A stretch of DNA of 64,000 nt from assembly GCA_029953675.1 (NCBI GenBank), contig JAMWBK010000005.1:1240001-1304000 (forward strand), given 5' to 3'. Each line of letters opens with the position of its first letter. The stretch's first letter is position 1. Positions 11,675 to 27,216 of the stretch are shown here, one piece after another. Both the position numbers and the translations under genes were made by a program. Source of the stretch: Rhodosorus marinus CCMP1338. Taxonomy: Eukaryota; Plantae; Rhodophyta. The notes under the pieces were generated by a model that was not told the origin of the DNA, did no database searches, and was given only the letters and a program-made list of their open reading frames with translations.

Positions 11675-12077
11675 GCATTTCAGTGTGATCCCGCACAACG
11701 GAACTCCGGATTACGGCATCACCAATGTGGTCGGACGGGCCATACCAAACGGCAGTGCTGGCACAGCACAGGTGGTGTTTGGCGGGGCGAAAAACCGCCT
11801 TGTGTTGGCATCCCAATCGCCAGCAGTGTTTCCCAGTCGCCGTGGGGGTCTCCAGGATGTTGTTTCCGAGATGTCCCTGCAGCTCTGAGGGTTCCTTTAC
11901 CGGGTTTGTTGACGTCCGGACCTTCCTCTTATATCTCGGGCAGCCTCTCGTCACAGGTTTCTCGCCCCCGAGAATACCACCTGTGCTGTACCAGCACTGC
12001 CGTTTGAGATGGCTCCTCCGACCACATTGGTGACTATGTAATCCGGAGTTCCGTTGTGAGGGATCACACCGAAATGC
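11675..12077. repeat. Long inverted repeat (foldback): two 122-bp arms around a 159-bp spacer
   Basis: 11675-11796 is the reverse complement of 11956-12077. Manual alignment gives 17 mismatches in 122 bp (~86% identity) and no indels. Confidence 0.92.
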
Positions 12078-12736
12078 GCTACGACAGGCTTGTCCCACAG
12101 CGATTCCTGGCCATTCGCCTGCGCTTTGAATACTGTGTATAGTAGTATACGATATTTTCTCCGTTTATATAATACAAGAGTTTTTTTAAATAAGATAGTT
12201 TTATAGATATTTTAAATATACGTTCTAATATTGACGTCATTGGACCTCAACCCTCTCGCAAGCACTTGACTTTGCTGCGCGCTCTGTGGTGTCCTGGAAG
12301 TCAGAAACCCCGCGTAGGTGTCGTGAGGCATGGAAATGGAAACCCCAAGCGTATGACTACTTGCTGATTAGCAAACGCTAGCAACTAACAGCTAAAGTGG
12401 CGCTCCTATAGCTGGCGAAGTTACAAACCGGACAGTTGCCTGGCCAGGAAGTGTGATCTATTGGCGGTGCCCCACGTGTTGAGTAGCGAGGCAAGGAATT
12501 ACATTTTTTTTTGGAGATTGCGGTTCTGAGAAGTTTGCATCTACATGGTCCTCAACAAAGGGTTATGCGCTGGGGATGGAAGTGACAAGACGGGTTCAGT
12601 TGCCAGTTTGGATGCGAAGCTCGACTCTTACGTTTTTGTGGTTTATTTGTGTGAAGGAAGTGGATTAGCAGGCCTATTGTCGTAGTTTTGTGGGAGGGGG
12701 AGGGCGGTGGCTTTTGAGTTGGAGGGGATTGCCAGG

Positions 12737-13824
12737 ATGGGTTTGGGATTTGTTGCCGGAGGAGGGCTTGGGAATCGGCGTAGTAGGAGCGATGGGGTGA
12801 CTAGGAAAAGGGCAGGGACGGTATTGACAGCTGCGGATGTTGAAATGTCGTCCCTGAATCTGACTCCGGCGCTGGAGAAGATGGTGAGCTCGCTGAAGAT
12901 GTTTCCGGATTCGAAAGTTAGGTACCAGCAGCTGCTACATTACGCCACAACGTTGGGACCTATGGAACCTGAACTGAAAACAGAAGCGAATAAGGTAGGT
13001 CCGACGCATAAGGCGTTTAGCAATATGCTGACTTCAGATATTGAACGTATTTGAGTTGTCCTGGTTGCGAAGGTACCAGGCTGCCTAAGTACAGTGTTCG
13101 TGCATGCGACAATGAATCCCGATACGCGGAAAGTCTACTTCAAAGGAGACTCGGACGCACAGCTTACGAAGGGCTTAGTGTCAATGCTTGTGAACGGTCT
13201 GAGCGGGAGCACTGCCTTGCAAATTGAGAAAGTGAACCCGGAGTTTATCAAGGCCTCCGGATTGACGGTTTCGCTGACCCCAGGAAGAAACAACGGATTT
13301 ATTAATATGCTGAAGTTGATGAAGCATAAGGCTGAACTTTTGGACGAGGAAGCTGCGGGTCTGGGTCCGAGATCTAAGGGGCACACAAATGACGATTGCG
13401 TGAGTAATCAAAAATAATGGCTAGTTCGCGAAAGACATGGAACTGATTCATGGAAGAACCTTTCAGGTTGAATTCGAGGTTCCCGGAAAACCGAGAGCAA
13501 CTGCGATTGGCAGAGCGCTGCTGCAGTTGAATCCTACGGAGCTGGAAGTAGAAGACTTCTCGGAATCTCATAAAGGCCACGCCCATGCCGGCGATGAGAC
13601 TCACATTCGGATAAAGGTAGTGTCCGATGCGTTCCAGGATATGTCTCTTGTCCTCAGGCACAAGGTAGGAAAAGATTACAGCGATGCTAATGACTGTGAA
13701 GATCTGTATCTAAGACCTTGGACTTGCTCCGTAGGTTATCTACACGTTGTTGGACTCATTTATGGATAAGGGTGACGGAGGCGTGCATGCTTTGCAGATT
13801 GACACCAAGGCACCCGGCGAATGA
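12737..13824 (+). CDS. SUFE1: Plastid SufE-like cysteine desulfurase activator fused to a C-terminal BolA domain (SufE1 type), 4 exons
   Basis: Transit-peptide-like MGLGFVAGG. After splicing, the SufE domain reads [19 protein letters not shown] (catalytic Cys)..[20 protein letters not shown]. The BolA domain reads [43 protein letters not shown] at 13822-13824. Confidence 0.93.
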
Positions 13825-15135
13825 AATGGAAGCCACTCTGAAGTAACAAAACGGTAGAATTGAAGGGCAGATCGCTTGAGGTTCATATCTACCTTTGGGT
13901 GCTGCAACTTGAAGACAGTATTTTGAGCAGTTGTAGATTCCGCGCACACGTCAAGTCCCGCGCGGTTGGGGGAATGTTCTTAGCTCTCCTTGTAGAAAAG
14001 CCAACACAGGAGCCTGGTAAATGAAGGGGATCCTTGTGAAAAGATGAATCATTCGAGCTATATTTCTCCAACATCTTAAACGAACAGGGAACACAGGAAT
14101 TGCGGACTACCTACTACAGCAGGAAGGACAATGTGAACTTTTAGCACTGATCAAGCGCAAAGCCGCAAAGATGATCCCGATTCTTATCGCAGCACGCCGT
14201 TCACCAGAGCCCCCATCATCATCGAGTCGGATTGGGTAGGTATCAGGCTTCATTATCGGCCGACGCAGTGAAGAAGTCTCGACTTACCTCGACATATATT
14301 TATCTCTGTCGGCCGACTTCGACCTCATAGAACTCCTAGTTCCAAGGATTTACGTTGTACCAGCGCAATTGCGCTGCTGCGCCCCTGACGAGCTCCTATG
14401 GAACAGTCCAGACGGACATGGGGCAACCACGACGGTTCAAGCGCTTAATTCAACTAGTAACCACCTTTATTATATTTTAGAATAAATGATTGGTTATTAG
14501 AAAGCTTAATAAGAATGAATTAGAATAAAAAAACCTAATACGATATACGATTATCTTATGTTAACAAATTATCCCAATAAAATCAAACAAGAACAAACTT
14601 ACACCCTTCTATTCTTATTTTAAGATATTTTATTGGTTAAAAACTTCCATCATACAACATATTAAGCCAATAAATAACTCGAAAAGCTATTAAGACGAAA
14701 ACAGATACCGAAGGGGATTTTTTCTTCAGCATTCATGGATACTTACAAATTCGCTTCTACTCATCAACCCCAATGGTTGGTCAGCATTTTTCTATCGATT
14801 TTACAATTGTCGCGAGGTACCATTTGCCACTTTCGAAATTGTTTTTTGGAATAATTGTATCGGATCTTGGAAATCTGGGTTGACTTTTTTTCGATATTTT
14901 TGTTTTGTTGAGGAAAAAGAGCTCATTTTTATGTATGAGATGGCAATGAGTGACTAGCGGGGAAGGACTTGGGCGTATTGGAGGTAGAAGGAGAGAGGAT
15001 CAGAAATGATGCAAAAACACATCTATGGCAGTTAGAAATTTGGAAGAGGAGTGAACGCTTTCGTGAGTGTGTTTGCTGTTGGAAAATCAGAGAGACGTAG
15101 AACCGAGATTGCGACGGAAGAGAGTGACAGGGAAA

Positions 15136-16254
15136 ATGGCTGTGTCGCTAGTGCCAAAGGAGTCCTTGTACGTGTGGGAGCCGGATCCAGCCCGGTCTGA
15201 TTATCGAATGACTATTTTTGAAAGTTCAGAGCTGCTGTTGTGGGTGACTGTGTGAACTGATTGAGGTTTTAATGTTGGGTTTTTTTGTTTGATGTGCTTT
15301 AGCTTTGGAAACGGACAGAACGATTCTTCAAATGCCAATTAGTTGAAGTCTCTTTTCCACTTCAGTTTTGCAGAGAACAGGAATGATAGAATACCCAAGT
15401 TTGGAGTTTTCCATGGGCTTAATGACGGTGAGTAGCCTCGTCTGAACCATTGCGGTGCCCGGTGCTTGACTGATTGGGAAAGTGTTTCTTCCCCAGACAG
15501 ATTTAATGCAGCCGAATAGAGGATTCGAGACACATCCCCACTCCAATATGGAGATAGTAACATACGTTGTCGATGGCGAGCTCACCCACAAGGACTCGAT
15601 GGGAATTTCAGAGAATCTCGGTCGAGGCTCAATTCAATTTATGGTAAGGCTCAACTCTGCAGTGGAAGAAACGCGCCCTCTAGTTTCTGACTGTTGGTAC
15701 AATATCGATGTTTCGTAGACTACGGGAACTGAAGTCAGACATTCAGAGTACAACGATGATGACGAAACACCGCTGCGATTTATTCAAATGTGGATAACCC
15801 CAAGGAAGCAGGGCCTAAAGCCAAACTACTGCTCTTACCGTTGTGGACGTTGTAGTGAAGCAAAGGACAAATGGGTTCAAATGGTTTCGTCTATGGAAAG
15901 CGAAGCCGATGCTAAGGCCAGGGTGAATCAGGATGTAAACATATACGTGACTGAACTCAGTGAAGCCGGGAAAAAGGTATCAATCGCACTCTCGCATACC
16001 TCGACTTTGGAAGTTACTGACACCGGAGTTTATCTCTTGAGCAGCTTGATCTCGATTTCGGACCTGATCGTCAAGTATACATGATGGTCATCGAACGATC
16101 GGTGACGGTCGATCTTGAAGGAGCTTCGGCAGCAAAACTCAACCAACAGGACGGGGCCGAGATCGTCAGCAAATCAGCAAGGACCGAAAAATTGGGATTC
16201 AGCGCTGTGGAAGGGCCTGCGCATGTTCTTGTTGTCGAGATGGCCCTTGCTTAG
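15136..16254 (+). pseudogene. Pirin-family (YhhW-like bicupin) gene with an in-frame stop; probable pseudogene
   Basis: Spliced model: [123 protein letters not shown]. The TAG at 15340-15342 sits where pirins have W (xWLxSxxxFSFA). Confidence 0.8.
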
Positions 16255-17356
16255 AGAGCTACGAAAAGGCCAGCTTTCCCCTTGGGCAAACCCAGTACTC
16301 GGCTTCCCCAACGCCGAAGCAAGACTGCCCCTATTATTTGTTCACCTCATACTGCTGAGGATATTCCCTAGAATTCCGTTCCAGTCAAGTCTATTATGAA
16401 ACCACAAATCACGCAAGGGTGTGAAGACGTTGCTCTCAAATCCGCGTTCCACATGAACTTACCTAGTGCCGCCACCTCAAGCCCTACCTTTCACCACGCA
16501 GATGATACAAACTCGCCATCTCTCTTGGCGAACCACTCGTATTGCAGTTGAGGAAATCGACCTAGAGCAGGATGTAGTCAAGCTTCGAGGTGTCCAGCGA
16601 CAAAGATCGCGGGGGTAGAACCAAGGGTGCCGGTCCAAGGCAGTTCCAAACCCAGGCAGGGATATCACTCGATATCACACGGATGGGTGGGGCAAGTGGT
16701 TAGCGAAAGAAACTCCTTCTTTTTATGTATGACCAGTCCGGTTCTTATTCTATAGTTCTATCTCCTTCCGAGTGAGCGTTTGTCAACCTCTGGTGGGTGA
16801 CCAATATCCCTGATCAGCTTTGCGGGGCAGATTCGCTTCTGTACCGGCAAACCTATCCTCACTGTTACATGCACGCGGGTAATCCTATGATCGCCGATCT
16901 ATCGAGGAATGGCGCGGTGTTGGTACCAGTACGCACACCAGGCCACTGCTGCGAAGCTGCTGCGAGTTGATCGGATCACTGGAATAGGCTGACCCCTTTT
17001 TTTGCTGTTGCACTGCGTTCTTTTCACGCATCCCGGGATTTGATGATGCGCCCCTGTTGTGTCTAACTCTTTTTATAGATGTTCAACTTACCTATCTATC
17101 TACGCGGTCCCCTATGCGAGCTAGCCCAGCCATCACCGAAACCTCATCATAATCATCGAACTTTCATACCGTGATTCCAAACGTCGACCCGTTGGGACAG
17201 TTTCAATACGATGATGTTGTCCCATATCGGGACAGCACATTCGAAGTCGCTGCGGTGTTTCTGTCTAACGACTTCGTCTGTCGAGGGAAAGGGTTTGGGA
17301 AGCAGCGAAGCTTTCTGGAAAAAATGTACTGTTTTTGTTTGTCATTTTGGAATTGA

Positions 17357-19225
17357 ATGCTTTGGACTGAGATGGAAATGGATGTGAAGACGTTGGCGGA
17401 GGAATCGAAGGCGTTCCGACTCAATCCGAAGACGAGGTCATCCGTGCAGGACTTTCTGGACACCCACCCGCTGCCTGCTTTGTGTGCAGCGTTGGTTTCG
17501 CCTCTTCTGGATGAAAGGCAGCGCGATGATGTGGTTATGGCAACTAAGATAGTTTTGGACGATCATGAGGTTGGCACTGACGTGGTGAACTCTGAGGACG
17601 GCAGCTTTCTGATCGTGCAGGGCGTCAATGTTTTCCAGGAGGACGTGCGGTCGCTGGCGGCTGAGCAGTTGGCTAAACTGAGACGGGAGTCCTTGCAAAC
17701 TTTCGAAGAGCTGTTTCCAACTGCAGTACAGTGCCTTGACGATGAGTCCGTCGCCGTCGCCTCTCGAGGACAAGCAGCGCTTAAACACTTTGCGCTGCTT
17801 GGAGAAGACGTGTTCAGACAAGGACTTAATGGACGAGCTGGAGAAAGTCTAAGCGCGCTTCTGGAAGGAAAGGGGCAAAATGGCCTCATGTCTTTGATTC
17901 GTGCTGTGGAAGCGATCGTCTTGGTGGCTGAAGTATCAAGCGCTGCAGATGCAGAAATCTCTAAAGCTGTGCAAAGTCTGGACTTGAGCCTATCCAGCAG
18001 CGATATCTTGATCGCCATGAACGCAATGGAACTCTTATCGAAGATTGCACATGTCCATGGTGGACTGGAACTAGAGGTACGACTCGGCGTCTTGCAGAAG
18101 CTCTCAGGGTTACTTGAAAACGTCACTGCTTCCGATAAAGTTGGAATTGACCAACGAATATCAGCTGAGGGAATCCTCAAGTTCGTAGACAAGTCATCAA
18201 CGACTAAGCATGCGGATTCAGCGGAGGTTGGTTGTCTTGTCCGTGCGATGCCTGACTCACATCCAGGACCATCCCCGTGCTGATCTTCAATCAGCCCTTC
18301 TTCTAGGCCCTAAAGATATTTATTCCCTCCATCCAACGAATCTTGCAAGCAGACAGAAACTCTGATCTACATTCCATGCAGGTAGGAAAGTAGCTTGGAA
18401 AAATCACGGGTGGAAGCTCTCGGCTGGTATCTGAGCCGTCGGACTGTTTTCACATGGCGGATGCTGTTCAGGACCTTGGAATTGTAGCCATTGGAAGCTT
18501 TGGGAGCACCGCACCTGGTTTGCACTGTCTCGTCGAAAGCTTTCCCGACGCCCTTGGGTTGGTCGCACGAGCATGTCTTTCTCCAGCCGCGGAGTCGAAA
18601 GTCACTGCCATGAACAGTTTCTCTCAGCTTTTAGGGGCGCCGACGAGCGAAGAGGAGTCTAGACATGTCTTCAAATTCCTCGAATCTGCTGTATGACTGA
18701 CTGTTGCTACTGCCGCGTCTTCCTCTATGTGATCTTTGCGACGACCTGCTGACTCGTCCGACCTGTTTTTATGTGTGTTTCGGGCATGTACAGTGGACTT
18801 CCAGCGGACCAGTTGAAGAGCATTTCACTGACCTCCTCAAGCGACCATTCCCGGATCTCAACTTGGCTGCCCTAAAGATCTTTGAGGCAATGAGTGCTCG
18901 CGCTTGGGGAGTTTCCAACCTCGCGTCGACGGCTGGGTTCACTGAGATTTTGTGCTCAATGGGATCAGATACAAAACTGGTGACAGACGCGAAGGTAAGA
19001 TGCCGCTACCCCTTCGGTGCCCTTTCTCCCTTTGCGAGTAAAGCTGACGTTGAGCTCGCTCCTTCCCAGGTTGACGTCGCTTTCGAAATTGCACGAAATT
19101 CGCAATCTCGCGAAGCTTTTGGCGATGGTCGCTTTACAAGAATAAGCGCCCTCTCTCGCTACAGAACCCTTGGAATTACTCCAAAAAGGGATGCTCAAGT
19201 GGACATAGGAACTATGCAGCTCTGA
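17357..19225 (+). CDS. PSMD5: 26S proteasome assembly chaperone S5b/PSMD5 (ARM/HEAT repeats), multi-exon
   Basis: DILIAMNAMELLSKIAHVHGGL..GVLQKL, AIGSFGSTAPG, and C-terminal KRPFPDLNLAALKIFEAMSARAWG..AGFTEIL match PSMD5/Hsm3 family patterns. GT-AG introns link the ORF pieces. The start may instead be the ATG at 17372. Confidence 0.75.
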
Positions 19226-20303
19226 TGAATCGGCGGTCGCTCGCACGGGAAACATGCCGCGCTTTGTTTCAAGCAAAGAGCCGGCGTTTGGCTAACGTGA
19301 ACTTGCACAGAATTATGATTTGTATCGCCTGTTTGGGCTTGATAGCAAGGTCTAGGAAACTTGGACATTAAAGATACCATCACGGTTGACCCGGACAGCG
19401 ATTTCGTTTTCAGAAACGAAAGACACATCGTCGGAATTCGACGTCTACAACAGCGACCTTGGTCTTTAAAACACTTCTGAAGCAGCAGAGCTCGGTGCCC
19501 AAAGAAGCATTGCATCGTTTCGTACGTTGCTGGAGTCTCCAATGGACTTCACCACTGACACAAAGCCAACCACGATGACGAGCAGCGCGGATCAAAACCG
19601 AGGCCGGTCTATTATTATCGAGATACCTGCAAGAACAGGAAATCTAGTTAACACGATGCTGGGTGGATAGAAAACAGTACGCTTTACCCTGAACATAACT
19701 TCCACCTTTCCTCTCTTCCTACCCAAAACTACACCATCCGGCTTTACCCTATTTTAGAAGTACCATGCATCCTATGTCGACGATGGCCAAGAAAACCTAG
19801 ACCAATCATGACCAATGTCAAATTAGTGAAAATTTGGACAATTTTCGGCCCCCCCCCCTGGTGTATCATCGGCCACTTCCGGAGATAGACCTTCATACAA
19901 CAGATTTTATTGAAAAATATATGACATTGACAACTAGGGCGAAAAGGGGTGAAATATGAATGGCACAAAAAGGGCGCTTGCAGCCTCTGCCGGTGGGGTG
20001 GGGAGGGTGCGTTGGGTGGATGGGGTGACGTGCTTATGCCGAGAACCTTGAGCGAGCAAAGGTAGGTAGATGATAGTATCACAAGAATGGCGCACGCAAT
20101 TGATGAATGTAGTAGTTGTAGAAGTTTTTCCTTGTCTTGAATGTTTTGGGTGTGTTGGGGGGGAGGTTAAAGAAATCTTCCAGATTAGGCGTTTTCATTT
20201 TTTGCCTTGACGGGACGCATGGTTGAACTGGTGATTCTGTTTTTGATTTTGGTTTCTTCTGATCGTTGGCTATTGTTCTCCTGTCGTGATTAGGTAAGTA
20301 GAG

Positions 20304-22594
20304 ATGTTCGAAGTAAGTTCTCGTCAAGTTTCGGCTACCTGTTTTTGTTCATTGCCGAGAGTTGGTACTAGAGCGTTTGGCAGCGGAAGTTTGAGGGTGA
20401 ACAGACTGAACCAGCATATAAGGATCGCTATGGTGAGTACGGATAAAACAGGGGTCTCTTCTTCCCGGGGAGAGAAGGTCCTAGGGGCTCGGTTATTGGA
20501 GGAGGTCGACTTCGAGAACTCTTTCGTGGACAAGCTTCCAGCCGACCCAGAGGAGGAGATTTATGTACGTCCAGTGAGGGGAGCTGCGTATTCAAGAGTG
20601 AATCCGACTCCTCCTTGGGTGGACGATCAGTCTGAATACCTGGGGAAGAAGAAGACGTCATCCGAGTCGTCCTTGGAGATGGTTGCATGGTCAAGCTCGT
20701 GCGCGAGACTCTTAGGAATCGAGGAAAGCAGCAAAGAGAGCACGAGGACAATCTCCGTGCTTGCTGGTGCTGAGGTTACGCCTTCTATGAAGCCATACGC
20801 ACAGTGCTATGGCGGACATCAATTCGGCTCCTGGGCTGACCAACTTGGAGATGGCAGGGTTATCAATCTCGGAGAGGTAATCCAAGTCGAATGCAAAGAG
20901 TAGAAGTCGGATGTTCGTACTCATTTTTTCCCCATTTTTAAGGTGGTGAATGGAAAAGGTGAAAAGTACGAGATACAACTGAAGGGAGCTGGCAAAACGC
21001 CTTACTCAAGATCGGCTGATGGACGTGCGGTGGTGAGTCCCTCCTTCACAAATCAAGAAGAAGTGGAGTTCCATCCTGCGAAGCGTTTTTCTCGAGAGGA
21101 AAAGTCTTCTTGGTTATTGAGAACCTCTTCGGATTCTGTTTGTGGTCTTTTTCATACGTAGATGCGGTCTTCTGTGCGCGAGTTTCTGTGCAGTGAAGCT
21201 ATGTACCATCTTGGAATACCCACCACTCGCGCTCTGTCTCTCGTCGCAACCGGCGCAGGCGTTGTTAGAGATCAGTTCTACGATGGTCAAGTTCAGGTAC
21301 GGAAAAGAGCTGAACCAATTTTTCCCCTTCATTAGTTGGGGTAGCACGAACATGTCTTTTAACTTTGAGTGTGGACTAGGTCGAACCTGGTGCGGTAGTC
21401 TGCCGTGTGGCGGAGAACTTCGTCCGCCTCGGATCTTTTCAGCTTCCGGCCTACAGAAACGACCTAGATCTTTTAAAGAAGATCGCCAACTACACAATAG
21501 ACAGGAGTTTTCCACAATTTTCTTCGGTAACTGATGACTTTGACGATGAAGAGAACAGGTTCGTACTCGTACCCACGACCACAAGGGCATTGCCGCTATG
21601 GATTCTATTGAAACGATGCTACATCATTTGTCTCTAGATACGTGCTCTTCTTGCGGGAGGTGATCTCCAGAACCGTGAAAATGATCGTAAAATGGCAGGC
21701 CGTCGGTTTTGTGCACGGTGTTTGCAATACCGACAACTTTTCCGTGCTGGGTGTTACCATTGACTACGGTCCATATGGATTCCTGGACAGTTACGACCCA
21801 TCGTACACGCCCAACACGACAGATCTACCTGGTCGCCGGTACTGCTACGGCAGGCAGCCATCCATCGGATTGTGGAACTTGACTAGGTTTGCGGAGGCAT
21901 TGGTACCCCTTATTGGCGTCAGAGGCGCGGAGGCTGAGCTGGAAAGATACCAAACTCTTTTCGTTGATGAGACGGAGTCCAGTATGCAAAGGAAACTTGG
22001 CCTGTTGTCTTGGACGAGCGCAGACGACAAGCTGGTCCAGTCCTTCTTGGACCAAATGCGTGAGGTGAGTGAATGACTATCCTGAGCGGAGTTCGTCATT
22101 GTACGAGTTGGTTTACCCATTATTATCATTCTCATATGTGTTTGCAGGACAAACTAGATTACACAAATATGTGGAGGGCGCTAAGCTCTATATCTACGGC
22201 GTCTAAGGACGAAGCTGACGACGAGACGGTGCTGAAGCCCCTGGAATGGGAACTGAAGAAGGTCCAAGAAGACGATAAGAGACAGAAGTGGGTTGACTGG
22301 GTTCGCTCCTACGCCGCACGACTTTCTGAGGACAAGGATAGAGACGGAAATGGTTGGAGCGAGGAAGAACGAGTGACTGCCATGAACAAAGTTAACCCGA
22401 AGTACATCCTTAGAAACTACCTGGCGCAAAACGCGATTGAAAAGGCCGAAAACGGGGACTACAATGAACTGCTGAAGCTTCTTGAAGTTCTTCAAAGGCC
22501 GTACGATGAACAGCCCGAGAATAGTATATATACTGAGGAGCCTCCGCAGTGGGCGAGCAGGCGCGGAGTTTGCGTAAACAGCTGTTCATCGTAG
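20304..22594 (+). CDS. SELO: Protein adenylyltransferase SelO (YdiU/UPF0061), Cys-containing homologue with an N-terminal targeting extension, multi-exon
   Basis: [42 protein letters not shown]|[74 protein letters not shown]-terminal CVNSCSS*. Confidence 0.97.
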
Positions 22595-22837
22595 GCGATG
22601 AGCGGCCACGATTTTCGGACTCTTAACCAGTTTGTCCGAGAAGAGGAAAGCTTGATATTTTGTAAAGTAGACTGCGTCCACATACCGTGTGTTTTATCTC
22701 ACTGTGCACTTTGTTTGCCATACCAAAGTTCCATACTGCATCGGGATTCTTCCCACCCCATCCAAGCTCCTAGTCAGGATTACAGGTCTGTTCAAGAGTC
22801 GGCTCTTCTATTCAGATAAAAAAACCGACGGAAGCGA

Positions 22838-23240
22838 CTATCTCTTTGTTTTATCACCAGCCATCATTTTTGCCATATCAGACATTGCCGCCTTTTGCTC
22901 GTCTGTCGGCGCCGGAGCCTTATCTTCCTCCTTCATGGTGTCTATTGTCTGCTCCTGCTTTTTCACTAGCCCGACAGGTTTCTTCGGAGGGCCTGATGCA
23001 AGCTTTGCCGCGAGATCACCGAATAACGCCTCCTTTTGAGCTCTGCAAGAACCAACGACAGACGCAAAGCCAAAAAAATTCAAATGAAAAGTTCAGCACG
23101 CCAATCCAATCCGCAGCTCCATCGCTACCCAAAACTCTCCAGCCACGAAAAAGCAGACAACCTGGTCATCACCAGAATCAAAGCTCACACCACGCAGAGG
23201 AGATTCCAGCAAACTCATACCTTTTATCTTCGCCCTCCAT
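22838..23240 (-). CDS. Small (~74 aa) charged hypothetical protein, 2 exons
   Basis: ATG at 23240, exon 1 MEGEDK(R), then a GTATGA...TTGCAG intron joining in frame to AQKEALFGDLAAKLASGPPKKPVG...MAGDKTKR*. The upstream sequence has the same leader composition as the other genes. Confidence 0.65.
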
Positions 23241-24126
23241 TCTTAGTTCTATTACTTAGACTCTCTAACGATCGTAAACCTTCTGACCTAACCTTCAGAT
23301 CCAAACCAGAAAAAAATGAAATTCCAATTCGTTTCCAACCAGCCCTCCCACACCACCCTAAGAACAAGATCTACTCAAGCCTATCTTCGCCATATGCCCA
23401 ATGCAACCTGGTCACCTCCCTATCGTCCGCAATAGTACACTACGCATTACATATAATCATTTATCGATAGAATTATGATAACAATGGATATATCAGTACA
23501 TTCATTAGTACAAATGGGCAGAAAATAATTAATTATGAAAATTATTTAATGAGGTGATCCTGACATGAAACGGAGACTTAACAGAGTTTCGTTTGACGAT
23601 TCCTGGGAGCGATGATTTTGAATTCGGCATAGCCCTTTTGCGCGCTGATAAGTGGATTCAACTGGCCAGATAGGGACAATTCCCCTCCTTCCTAACTTTT
23701 TTTTGAATTGGTTGACTGCGGTGTGTGAACAACGTCCCGCACTTTGTGTCAACGAACGGGGCCTGGGGGTTGCTCACAAGTAGGTTGCTTCGACGCTTTT
23801 AAAACTGAACATCGAGGACACAGGCCGGCTGCGAGCTGACTCAGATCTCGTTAGATTCTCCGCGACCACGTGGAGAGTCAACTACATCCCCAAGAAAAAA
23901 CTAAATCCGAGCGTTCCCGCGCCACGCGCCAACACATGGCAAAGCAATTGAGCTTGTAATCATCCTTCAACGATCCTTTTGGCGCTGACATAGATGTCAA
24001 ATATGAGAAAACTCTTTCATTCTACTTCAAGTTACTAAAAAAACCCAATAACCTCAAAGCCTTCCTCTGGAACACCCGACGCTCAGCGCTTTGGGTCTGA
24101 CCTCCCAATACTGTCTAAGGCAAAAA

Positions 24127-27216
<3,090 letters not shown>

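Noticed and set aside
18360-18470. In-frame TAG inside PSMD5
   Set aside because: It lies within a GTAGGA...TTCAG intron; splicing gives SMQ|DLGIVAIGSFG.
22560-22620. SelO as a selenoprotein (C-terminal Sec)
   Set aside because: The C-terminal motif is encoded TGC GTA AAC AGC TGT TCA TCG TAG. That is Cys rather than an in-frame TGA, so this is the Cys homologue.
23093-23172. Intronic C/D-box snoRNA (GTGATGA...CTGA, 80 nt)
   Set aside because: There is no terminal stem, no clear C'/D' boxes and no rRNA complement I can identify. One such match among dozens of introns is expected by chance.
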